Shown: piece after piece, positions 52,927-64,000 of the stretch | Layout: every line of letters begins with the position of its first letter | How positions within the stretch are numbered: position 1 is the stretch's first letter | NCBI RefSeq assembly: GCF_018977255.1 | Contig: NW_024704742.1 | Span: 125,676,001 to 125,740,000, forward strand | Source of the DNA: Callorhinchus milii | Lineage: Eukaryota | DNA length: 64,000 nucleotides | Direction of reading: 5' to 3' | Notes under the pieces: generated by a model | Told to the model about the DNA's origin: nothing | What the model saw: only the letters and a program-made list of their open reading frames with translations | The model's database searches: none | Made by a program: the position numbers and the translations under genes

Positions 52927-53554
52927 TAATAATAATCCTTGCATTTGATATGGAGTCCTGTAGCTCAATGGTTAGAGCACTCGCTTTGCAAGCGAGAGAC
53001 CTGAGTTCAATTCCAGGCAGGGCGAAACCTTGGGCAAGTTTCCTTACTCCACACGCCTAATAATAATCCCTCCAAAACCAAAAACAATAATAAATTGGTC
53101 ATTTTCAATCTACGACTGTTTGTGGGACATTGCTGTGCGCAATTGGCTGCCGCGTTTGCCCACAAATATGCAGTCAATTCACTTTACAGTGTGTTCTGTG
53201 AAGCGCTTTGGGACGTCCTCCCGACGTGAAAAGCGCTATATCAAATGCAAGGATTATTATTATTATAGCGCTTTGCACGTCGGGAGGACGTCCCAAAGCG
53301 CTTCACAGGACACACTATAAAGTGAATTGACTGTATATTTGTGGGCGAACACGGCAGCCAATTGCGCACAGCAATGTCCCACAAACAGTCGTAGATTAAA
53401 AATGACCAATTTATTATTGTTTTTGGTTTTGGAGGATTATTATTAGGCTCTGTGTGGAGTAAGGAAACTTGCCCAAGGTTTCACCCTGCCTGGAATTGAT
53501 CTCAGGTCTCTCACTTGCAAAGCGAGTGCTCTAACCACTGAGCTACAGGACTCC
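52927..53554 (-). mobile_element. Young full-length tRNA-derived SINE, split by the sense copy above
   Basis: Head and body at ~53264-53554. Its terminal tail (taataataatccttgcatttgata) is displaced to 52927-52951. Confidence 0.9.
52952..53265 (+). mobile_element. Young full-length tRNA-derived SINE
   Basis: ggagtcctgtagctcaatggttagagcactcgctttgcaagcg...gcaagg(att)n. Confidence 0.95.
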
Positions 53555-55025
53555 ACGAGGAGATCTTCCTGAGTATTTGTTCTTTTCATTTCTGAAGTAG
53601 GTTTTGCTTTTGCTAGTTTGGAGTTAAAGGATCGTTCATCATTATCTGGGCCAAGAAGAGATAGGTTTTAATTTACCACTTGTTGCCACACAGAGCACTG
53701 CTTATACACAGCACATAATAAAGAGAATTAATTTAAAAATATCATAGATACAAGTGCAGCGCATGCCGGGATGAAGAGCTTCAATCTCCCTGGTGGCAAA
53801 AAATAAATAGTCTTTGGATCTGATCTAGATCTGATCTAGCTCAAAATGTCTGAAAGCACTTTGCACCATGAGTTACTTTGAAGTGTGGTGGTTCTTATTA
53901 TGCAGGCAAATGCCACAGTTAATCTGTGACAATAACATTACACAAATAGCAATGAGGTGTATATCAACAAAGTTAATCTGTTTACTTTGGATGAGGCAGA
54001 AACATGTCCAGGATCCCAAAGCTTCTCTCTGCTTTTCTATAGCCCAGTGCTGTGTGACTGAGGCACCATGGGTCTGAACCACCAGACAGGACTATAGTGT
54101 AACACCTTAATTAACAACACATCCAACAATGCAAAGTTTCCTCGTTAATTTATTGGAGTGTTTAGATTCTTATAAAAATTATCCCTACATATGATACAAC
54201 ACCTTTCAAGTATGAAGGGTATCTCAACATACTTCGCAAGACTCCAAGACACTAGTCAGCAGGACTTAGAAGGACAGAGCAGGTCACTACAATAGTGTAC
54301 CCAATGTCTGTGTATTTTATAGGTGAATATAGCAGCCAATTTCCACACGGCAGAGTCTCACAACCAGTGAATGACTAATTTGGCCATTGCTGGCCAGAGC
54401 AGTGGGAAAAACTCCCAGTGCCCTGACCAACAATTTTTAATGTGCGCATGAAGGTTATATGACCTCATTTTAACATCTCATCCTAATAATGACACCTCCA
54501 GCAATGTATTGGGGAGTAAGCCTGGACTATATGAGTTCAAAGTCCCGACATGGGCCTTAACCACCATTTTCTGACTCAAATCTTGATATGGTCCTTGAAT
54601 CACCAACTTCTGACACAAAGACAAGTTCATTAGCAATTGAGACAGACTGAGGCATAAATGGGGAAAAATGGGAAATGATTATCTATATGAATCGGTGGTA
54701 AATGGCTCTTCCTTATTCTTTAGTGTAGCTAGCAATACTATTCATAATCTGAAAGCAGCCCCAAGCATGAGTAAGAAAGCATGCCTAGTTAATGCTAACT
54801 TGCTGCAATTGACAGGAATCACCAAATAGAGGTAAAGTCTCTGTAATAGGTTGGTTGCTGGTAGTTGTGAGAGAGCCCTCCTCCCCCGCACTCTCATCAG
54901 GATGTGTATTCCATCAGCACTATAGAAGGCAGAAGTGTGCCTGTGGGGTGAAAGTTGCAATCTGTGATGTGTTAACTGACAAATGTTTGAAATATCAGCC
55001 ATTTTAAATTTGTGTCACTAAAATT

Positions 55026-55525
55026 AACAATATCTCTTGCATTTGATATAGCGTCATATCATATTGTCAAAACATCTCAAAGCGCTTTCCGGGATTTACT
55101 GTGTAGTGTAGTGACTGTGCATTTTGTAGGTGAATTTGACATGCGATTGGCGCATGATATTGTCCCACCAATAGCCATGAAGTGATTGACGAATTTTATT
55201 TGGATGCATGGAACTCTCAGCTTGGGTACTCTTAAGCCTGGTAATGGGTTTCCGTATCAGACATTGGCTGACCAAAAAAAATTATATCTGGATTGTTGAC
55301 CAGGACAACAGGAGAAACTCACTTCTCTTTTTGAATAGCACTATGGGATTTTTAACATCCACCTGAGCAGGCAAAAATTTAACATCACATCAACCAACCA
55401 CCTCCAACAATGGAGCACTCCCCCAACTTTGTATTGTGGTATCAAGTCTAGACTATAAGTTCAAAGGGTTTGAACCCACAATTTTCTGACTCATAGGAGA
55501 GAGTGCTACCAACTGAGCCAGGTGG
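55026..55525 (-). mobile_element. Deu-domain SINE (a similar antisense copy lies at ~54185-54650)
   Basis: Antisense ggctcagttggtagcactc head, caggtggatgttaaaaatccca core, and an L2-type tail. Confidence 0.78.
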
Positions 55526-55902
55526 GCACATTTGTATTTTCACCATATGGGATGCTGTAAAATTAACCTGAATTATGAACACAGCAATATCTACTGCATC
55601 CAGACCCCTCAATATAAATGATTTGCAATCCTCTGCAAATCTGCCAGTAGAAGCAGATTTCTTGTGAGCTCAGACTTGCCAATATGAATATAGATGACAT
55701 CTGTTCTTGCCTTCTGGATTTCTGGCATCTTTCAGCCCCTGTAGATGATAATTCAGGCCTCTGCCAGACCACTCAATCGGATTGAGTTAGCAAAATAAAA
55801 GGTAGGGTTCCTTAAATGATAAATCATCATATGTTCCACATCTGTTTCCCAATAAATGGAACAGCTAGAGGAAACACAGTTAGATTTTCATGCCCTAGTT
55901 CG

Positions 55903-56196
55903 ATAATAATAATAATCCTTGCATTTGATATAGCGCTTTTCACGTCGGGAGAACGTCCCAAAGTGCTTCACAGAACACACTGTAAAGTGAATTGACTGTA
56001 TATTTGTGGGTGAACGCAGCAGCCAATTGCGCACAGCAATGTCCCACAAACAGTCGTAGATTGAAAATGACCAATTTGGTTTTGGAGGGATTATTATTAG
56101 GCGTGTGGAGTAAGGAAATTTGCCCAAGGTTTCGCCCTGCCTGGAATTGAACCCAGGTGTCTCGCGCGTGCTCTAACCACTGATCTACAGGACTCC
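55903..56196 (-). mobile_element. Young full-length tRNA-derived SINE
   Basis: Close match to 52952-53265 in antisense. Confidence 0.93.
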
Positions 56197-56929
56197 ACCA
56201 TGAAGTATACCATGAAGCAAATTTTTAGTCCATGTTGAAACACGAGTATCTCCCCAGAATGAAACTGTTCAATCCATCACACATGTATTTGGTAACACAC
56301 TTGTGATCCTGTAATTACATATTTTTTGTGGCATCCAGTTCGATTCTCAGCTGCCCTTCCTACCTCATATTCGGTCACTGTCCAAGAATACTATCTTTCC
56401 CATCCGCCATATTGACTTCCTCTGCACCTACCTCACACCAAATGCCACTGAAACCCTCATACATGCAACTCCCGCCATGACTTCTCAAACATCCACGACT
56501 GTTTGTGGGACACTGCTCTGCACAATTGACTGCTGTGTTTTGCGCACAGAATACACAGTCAATCCACTTTACAATTTATTCTGTGAAGCACTTTGAGACA
56601 TCTTAATGACATGATAAGGCATTATATCAAATGCAAGGATTATTATTATAATTATTATTCTGTCTCAGAATGGCCATACCGTTGCAAGATCTTGAGAAAT
56701 TACCCAGGGACTTTCATGAGGGATTTTCATCTGTGCGTGTGTGACCAACCTCTGATGTGGTTTATGATGATCCAGTTTAACCAGCTGAGAAGTAGAGACA
56801 AGAGTTCATATTCGGTCACTGTCCAAGACTGCTATCCTTCCCCTCTGCCATATTGACTTCCTCTGCCCCAACTCACACCAAATGCCACTGAAACCCTCAT
56901 GCATGCACCTCCAGCCATGACTTCTCAAA

Positions 56930-59900
56930 ACTCGAGCAGAGAGACTAGGAGCGTGAGGAAGGAACAGAGTGAGGAGGAACAGATTGAGAATTCTGTTTGT
57001 GAATTAGGTGAGAGTGGGAATTCGATGCAGAGGGAGAATTCGGTGCAGCTGGGAACTTGTCAAGGAGAAACAAAGCCCCCAAGACCCTGGACAAAAGGTC
57101 ACATTCCTGTGGCTCTTCAGCTCCCCTCTCGACTCTCTACCCCTTCCTCGCTCCCTCCCTTCCCTCCCCTCCTTGCTCCCTCCCTCCCTTCCCTCCCCTC
57201 CTCACTCTCTCTCTTCCCTCACCCTGACCATTTTCCCCCTGCTCGGGTCCCAACCCAACTATCCAGCGCCTTGGGACATCCTCCTGACGTGAAAGGTGCT
57301 CTATAAATGCAATCTTGCTGCTGTTGTTGTTGTTGTGGTGGTAGATGTTGAGTAGGCATTTAGTATATGAGGAATGTGAGCAAGGGAATAAAAGGTGTGA
57401 AATTACTTGTTTTTACCTATTTACCCCGAAACTGTTGAGATATATTACAAAACATGTCTGAAAACCTGGCAGGGCAGCTGAGACCCATTCCATGCATACT
57501 GTGTGCCATGTGGGAATTCCAGGATGGTTCATGTGTTCTGGACAAACTCGTGTGTAGGAAGTGCTTCCAGCTGCTTGAACTCAGGGTCAATGAGCTTGAG
57601 GAGAGGCTACAGTCACTACATAGGTTATGGGAGGCTGAAGAATTTATGGATCGAATTTTTCAGGAGGTGGTCACCCCACAGCCACAGAGAATTCAGGAAG
57701 TGGTTACCCCAGCTACACAGAGGGCTCAGAAGAAGAATGAGTGGGTGATCATCTGAGTGGAGCAAAAAAAGAACAAGTGGTATAGAAATCCCCTAAGAGT
57801 GTGGCACTCACAAATCGGTTCTCGGTCGTGGATTCCGGTGAGGACGCCTCTGGCTAGAAGAATCAAAAGGTAATAGATGTTCAGGGGGACAAGGGGAAAA
57901 ACACAAATGCTGTTGTTATTGGGGATACAACAATTAAAGGGATAGACAGACGTTTCTGCCATAAAAGACAGGACTCATGCATGGTATGCTGCCTCCATGG
58001 GGCCAGGGTGCATGACGTCATGGAACAGGTGCAAAATATACTACAGGGGGAAGGAGAAAATCTGGAAGTTGTGGTCCATGTCGGGATCCATGATGTAGGT
58101 GATAAAAGGGCTGAGATCCTACAGGGAGAATATCAGAAGCTTGGGAAGAAGCTAAAGAGCAGGACCTTAATGGTGGTGATCTCAGGATTACTCCCAATGC
58201 CTTATATGCAGTGAATACCAAACCTGGAGGATCAAACACATGAATGCCTGGCTGGAGAAATGGTGCAGGAAGGAGGGCTTCAGGTTTCTAAACCACTGGG
58301 ACCACTTCTGGGAAAGATGGTACCTGTACACGAGGGATGGGTTACACCTGACCAGGGCTGGGACCAATGTCATTACAACAAGGATAACAAATGCTGTGGG
58401 GAAGCGTTTGAACTAATTTCGAGGAGGGATGGGGATCAGAATGTAGCATCAGGGAGGGGAAACAAGTTTCATAGTGGATGAGGAGAGACAAATAGAAATG
58501 AAACAAGGAATAGTCCAGCAAAAAGTGGAAAGAGATGGGGGAGAAATGTAAAGTGAATTAAGCTGGTCTTGGAGTGCATGTGTATAAATGCACGGAGCAT
58601 GACCAATAAGCTTGTTGAGCCGCAGGCTCAAGCTGCCACATGGGGTTATGATGTAGTGGCAATTACGGAGACTTAGCTCAAGCAAGGACAGGAATGGGAG
58701 CTGAATATTCCTGGCTACAACCTATTCAGGAGGGATAGGGAAAGGGAAAAAGGAGGAGGGGTGGCAAAACTCATTTGGGACATGGTCATGGTCCTGGAAA
58801 AGGACGATGTTTTAGAGGGTCCAAAAACTGAATCTATTTGGTTAGCGATAAGGAGCAGAAAAGGTGCTGTTACTCTGCTAGGTATTTACTATAGACCTCT
58901 AGATGAGCAAATCTGCAAGCAGATTTTGGAGAGATGCAAAACCGATAGAGTGGTGATAATGGGGGACTTCAATTATCCTAACATAAACTGGGAAACACAC
59001 AGTGTAAAGGGCAAGGAAGGGGAGGAATTCCTGAAATGTGTGCAGGAGAACTTTCTGGATCAACATGTTTCCAGAAGCAGTGCTGGATTTAGTTCTGGGT
59101 AATGAAGTGGGGCAAGTGTAGCAGGTTTCAATAGGAGCGCACCTGTATAACAGTGATCACAATATCATTAGGTTTAGAATAGTTATGGAAAAGGGCAACA
59201 ATCAATCAAAGGTAAAGACACTCAACTGGAAGCGGGCTAATTTCAGTGAGCGAAAAAGGGACCTGGCCACGATAGATTGGAAAGAAAGATTGGCAGGTAA
59301 GACAGCAAACGAACAATGAGAAGCTTTCAAGGAGGAGATAGTTCGGGGACAGAGCAAATACATTCCCACAAAGGGGAAAGGTAGGACAGTTGTCAAACCT
59401 CCCTGGATGACTAAGGAAATTAGGATTAAAATAAAACAGAAAAAGGAGGCTTATGACAAATGTCAGGTCCAAAACACACAGGATAATCAAATAGAATACA
59501 GGAAGTAAAGAGGAGAAGTGAAAAGGGAAATAAGAGGAGGCGAAGAGATTTTACGAGAAAAGATTAGCAGGAAACATAAAAGGGATTTTAAGGTATTTTA
59601 TAAGCACATCAAGAGTAAAAGATTAGTCAAAGGTAGGGTGGGTCCAATTAGGGACCCTAGTGGAAATCTTCTTGTTGAGGCAGAGGGCATGGCTGATGTA
59701 CTAAATTAGTATTTTGAAACTGTCTTTACAAAAGACAATGCAACTAATGCCACAATATTGCAGGCGTGTGAACAGAAATTGGATATGATAAAAATCAATG
59801 GAGAGGAGGTATTAAAAAGGTTGTCGGTGCTCAACATAGATAAGTCACCTGGTCTGGATGGGATGCATCCTAGGTTACTGAGGGAAGCAAGGGTGGAAAT

Positions 59901-61404
59901 AGCGGAGGCTCTGGCCACAATCTTTCAATCCTCTTTGGACACTGGAGTGGTGCCAGAGAACTGGAAGGTGGCAAATGTTACTACCCTGTACACAAAGGGG
60001 CAGAAGGATAAACCTGAGAACTACAGGCCAATCATCTTAACATCAGTAGTAGGAAAACTTTTGGAGACTATAATCTGGGACAATATAAATTCTCACTTAC
60101 AAAAATATGGTTTAATAAAGGACAGTCAACACAGATTTGTTAAAGGCAGATCGTGTCTAACAAACCTAATAGAATTTTTTGATGTATATCTGACTGAGAG
60201 GGTGGATGAAAGTAGTGCAGTAGACGTAGTTTCTCTAGATTTTCAAAAGGCATTTGACAAAGTGCTACATAAGAGACATAAACAAAATACAAGCCCATGA
60301 TATTAAAGGGTCTGTGGCAACATGGATCCAGAACTGGCTAGGAGACAAAAAGCAGAGAGTGGTAGTGAACGGTTGCTTTTCTGACTGGAGGGAGGTGTGT
60401 AGTGGTGTCCCTCAGGAGTTGGTATTGGGACCATTGCTCTTTGTGATCTATATTAACGATCTGGACCTGGATATAGGGAGCACAATTTCCAAATTTGCAG
60501 ACAATACTTAGCTAGGAAAAGTAATTAATGGTGAGGAGGTAGCACCAGACTTAGACAGATTGGTAAAATGGGCAGAAACGTGGCAGATGAAGTTTAATGT
60601 GGAGAAATGCAAAGTTTTGCATTTTGGCAGGAAGAATGAGGAGAGGCAGTATAAGCTGATGGTACAATCTTAAAGGGGGCAAATGAACAGAGAGACCTAG
60701 GGATCCACATAAGCAAATATCTAAAGGTGGCAGGACAGATAGATAAAGGTGTTAAAAAAGCATACGGGATACTAGGTTTTATAAATAAGGGCATAGAATT
60801 CAAAAGTCAGGAGGTTATGTTGAATATGTTGAATATTTATAAAATGCTGGTTGGGCCTCAGTTGGAGACTGCGTTCAGTTCTGGGCACTGCACTTTAGGA
60901 AAGATGTTAAAGCATTGGAGAGGGTGCAAAGGAGATTTACCAGGATGGTACCAGGAATGAAGGACCTTAATTATGAGGAGAGGTTAGTGAAAACTAGGAT
61001 TATTCTCCCTGGAGCAGAGAAGATTAAGAGGGGATTTAATAGAGGTTTTCAAGATCATGAGATGATTTGACAGATTGAACTGCGAAAAACTGTTTCCACT
61101 GGTATGTGGGTCAGTAACCCGAGGACACTGATTTAAGTTAGTTGTTAAAAGAAACAGAGGGGAGGTTAGGGAAAAAATTTTCACACAGCGAGTTGTTCGG
61201 ATCTGGAATGCATTACCTGAAAGGGTAGTGGAAGTCGATTCAATAACAACTTTTAAGAGAGAAGTAAATGGGTATTTCGGGAGGACAAGATTAAAGGGCT
61301 ATGGAGAGAAAGCGGGCCAGTGGGATTGAGTTGGATTGCTCTTTTTGGAGCTGGTGCAGACACGATGGGCCAAATGACCTCTTTCTGTGCTGCATAATTC
61401 TATG
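56930..61404 (+). mobile_element. Near full-length decayed CR1-clade LINE (ORF1 zinc-finger/coil + SGNH esterase; ORF2 APE endonuclease + RT)
   Basis: ORF1 from 57454: CxxC...CxxC then LELRVNELEERL, then esterase pieces MVCCLHGARV, VVVHVG, VVISGLLP. ORF2 pieces: IYYRP, IMGDFNYPNINW, KSPGLDGMHPRLL, NYRPIILTSVVGKLLE, LDFQKAFDKV, GVPQELVLGP, SKFADN. Ends in the CR1 attctatg tail. Many stops and frameshifts. Confidence 0.95.
57110..57336 (+). mobile_element. L2 3'-end fragment nested in the CR1 5'UTR
   Basis: cagcgccttgggacatcctcctgacgtgaaaggtgctctataaatgc followed by a (gtt)n tail, like the other L2 tails in the window. Confidence 0.85.
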
Positions 61405-62031
61405 ATCCACGACTTTTTGTGGGACACTGCTCTGCACAATTGACTGCTATGTTTTGCCCACAGAATACTCAGTCAATCCTCTTTACTGTGAATTCTGTGA
61501 AGCACTTGAGACATCTTAATGACATCATAAGGCATTATATCAAATGCAAGGATTATTATTATAATTAGTATTATTATTCTGTCTCAGAATGGCCATGTCA
61601 TTGCAAGATCTTGAGAAATTACCCAGGGCCTTTCATGGGGGATTTTCATTAGTACATGTGTGACCAACCTCTGATGTGGGTTATCCAGTTTAACCAGCTG
61701 AGAAGTAGAGACAAGAGTTCAGGTTTGAAAGCCTGCCGATTCCTCTGTTTTATCACCAAGCTCCTGCATGTGAAAGACCTGAAAGAACGCTGTGATTTCT
61801 GTAGATGGGACTCTGGTTTCCAGAGAAGCCAGTCGGTCTCATGCTCTTAAACCAGTTTTATGTGGCTGGTTATGTCCTATTATTATTATATATTATTCCC
61901 TACAGAACATAGGCTTCCTATGTGTAATTACACTTCCTGTTTCTGTGGAAGAATTAGGGATTTTCCCATTGGAAGCTTTGGCCTTTAAGGTTGGTGAGTT
62001 TATAAGATTCCAAAGCGCTTTGGGGGTTTTG

Positions 62032-62210
62032 ATAACAATAATAATAATCTTTGCATATGATGTAGCACCTTATCACGTCTTCGAGACGTCTCAAAGCGTT
62101 TCACAGAATATACTGCCAAGTGAATTGACTGTATATTTTGTGGGCGAACCACAGCAGCCAACTGCGCACAGCAGTGTCCCACAAACTGTCGTGGATTGAG
62201 TGACCACATT
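62032..62210 (-). mobile_element. SINE 3' half
   Basis: (aat)n cttgcatatgatgtagcaccttatcacgtcttcgagacgtctcaaagcg...gcagccaactgcgcacagc. Confidence 0.88.
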
Positions 62211-62518
62211 ATTATTTATTTATTTATTTATTTGTTTATTTGTCATTCCACATCATAGCTGTTTGCTTAACCTAACTTTTTGTAATTTGTTTCATGTTGT
62301 CTCTCATTTGAACCGGCAAAAATGTAACCGGCAAGTGTTTTCCTTACTCAATTGACCCTTAACCACAGGTAATACAGACCTAATTTCTCAATCTTTCCAA
62401 GATTTCTGAATCTTAAAAAAANTCTAAATGTAGTGAAGATTATAGTAAAAACATCCCTGTATTACTAACTGCATCAAATGTAGCTGATTTAGTGGAGGGA
62501 AACAAGCATTTTTCAAAT

Positions 62519-63000
62519 TTAAGCATCAATTATTTCATACAAGGTATTGTGTAACAATGCACACTTTGATGTGATAACATCTCTTAGACATTCAGCTCCT
62601 GTAGCAGCTTTTTCATTCTCTCTAGCTGTTGCTCCTGGCAGCAAGGTTTATATTGGAGGAATTTCAGCTTCTTTTTCAATTTTTCATTCTGTTCTTCCAA
62701 CTGCAGAATCCTCTTTTGCATCTCCAACACTGTAGTTATGTTCATAAGTAGTCAGAAGATCACATGGTGGTGTTGGTTCAAACAGATCACATGACTGCTT
62801 TGGTACAGGTTCTGCTTTAACTTTCACTTCTGTTATGGATTGTTGTCTTGACGTTAACATTTCCAATTTCTTTGTTTGTTGTTTTGGTCATGTGAAGCAG
62901 AATATGAAAGAGACAAATTCTCCTCCACTATTTTGTTGTTACAGTTCTTTCTGAAACAGTCTGCTGTGAAGTGCTCTGAGCAAAGGTTACTGTTTTTGGT
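62519..63000 (-). pseudogene. THAP1: THAP1-like intronless pseudogene (5'-truncated, three frameshifts, internal stop)
   Basis: Minus strand, joined across frameshifts: [28 protein letters not shown] / [12 protein letters not shown]...LLTTYEHNYSVGD / MQKRILQLEEQNEKLKKKLKFLQYKPCCQEQQLERMKKLL / RDVITSKCALLHNTLYEIIDA*. Collinear with recalled THAP1: [34 protein letters not shown]...DHNYTVED...RKRIHQLEQQVEKLRKKLK...VILPNDYFEIVEVPA*. Confidence 0.85.
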
Positions 63001-64000
63001 ATATCGATGTTTTGGTTATAATGTAAAAAAAGGAGATATTATTGTATTTTCACTGGTTAATGAGTTGATAACTAGAAGGCATAAATTTGAGATGAACAAG
63101 AATTATTTTTTAAAAATCCTTGGCTTTGTATTGTACCTTTCATGACTACTTCTAATCTTAGATGTTGTTTTTACTGTGATTTCCAAATTGTAAACTAAAT
63201 ATAATCCTTGCATTTAATATAGCACTTTATCACATTATTAAGACATCTCACAGTGCTTCACAGTGATGTGAAGTTTAGTGACTGTAATTGTGGGGGAACA
63301 CGACAACCCATTTGTACACAGTAATAAACAGCCCATTAAACAAAGGACCAATTTTATTTGGGGTATTCTTGGCCAGGAAACCAAGAGAAATTCCTTCTTT
63401 TTTCAAGTAGTTCACAAAATATTTAATGTCCATTTGAAAAAGGAGATGGGACCTTATTTTAACTCCTCATCCAAAGCACTGTTAGTCTTTCAAAGAACGA
63501 TGGTTGATGCAGAATCCACAATAGTTTTTTTTAACAAGAAATAGTCAAATATTTGGAAAAAAAACATATATTAATGTGTCTAGTATAAGGGCAAGGAAGT
63601 GGGACTGAATAAATAATTGGGTCTTTCAGAGAGTCTTTCATGGACACGATGGACAAACAAATGACCTCCTTCTGTGATATAGTTGCCATGATTCTATGAT
63701 TTTATTTGGCAAATAAATTTATTGAAGGTGATGAAAGGCAAAATAATGTAGTGCCAGATTTGTTTTAATTCGGAACCAGCCAGAATGTTTTTTTCCAGTC
63801 CTGTGGGTTCCAAAGGTTGGTAAATTTACTGATGGTTGTTTAATTGCCAAGAGCTTCAGTAAATCATGAGGAACTGTTGCTTAGCTGCAGGCTTTTCACA
63901 CTTCTCTAGATATTTTGGCCCAGTTAACATTCCACAGTATGACCGTGACCAAAAAGAAAATGTTTCCTTTGTGGGCATGTACGAAACATGTGTAACACCA

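Larger units (their letters stand above)
56365..61721. repeat. 441-bp tandem duplication whose second copy is interrupted by the CR1
   Basis: 56365-56489 matches 56806-56929, and 56491-56808 matches 61405-61721. There is tca microhomology at the junction. Confidence 0.9.

Noticed and set aside
62240..62518. Possible continuation of the THAP sequence into a P-element transposase
   Set aside because: The THAP1-like C-terminus is followed by a stop, and I see no convincing transposase motifs or TIRs downstream.

Overview
Repeat-rich vertebrate genomic DNA. The repeat content (tRNA-headed SINEs with L2-type tails, Deu-domain SINEs, L2 and CR1 LINEs) suggests a cartilaginous fish, possibly a chimaera; this is inference. 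The only intact gene evidence is the 5' end of PARP8 on the minus strand: coding exon 32461-32551 (MGMCSRQERIQADIEHVLQRCKADKDCLFS) and exon 31665-31719 (DFRYTDSTFTFTYTRGSKR). I did not find the next exon, so bases 1-31664 are probably one long intron. Just upstream of the ATG is a ~710-bp G-rich GAGCC(GGGCT)nG-run array. The right half is intergenic. It holds a near full-length decayed CR1 inserted into a 441-bp tandem duplication, and at 62519-63000 an intronless, frameshifted THAP1-like pseudogene that the ORF track shows only in part. Several fold-back structures are also present: a SINE nested in an antisense copy of its own family, a 170-bp-arm inverted repeat, a pre-miRNA-sized hairpin with a 5' splice site in its loop, and a perfect 18-bp-arm palindrome. 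I found no clear novel multi-gene system. Repeat boundaries are approximate and family names come from motif recognition, not database searches.
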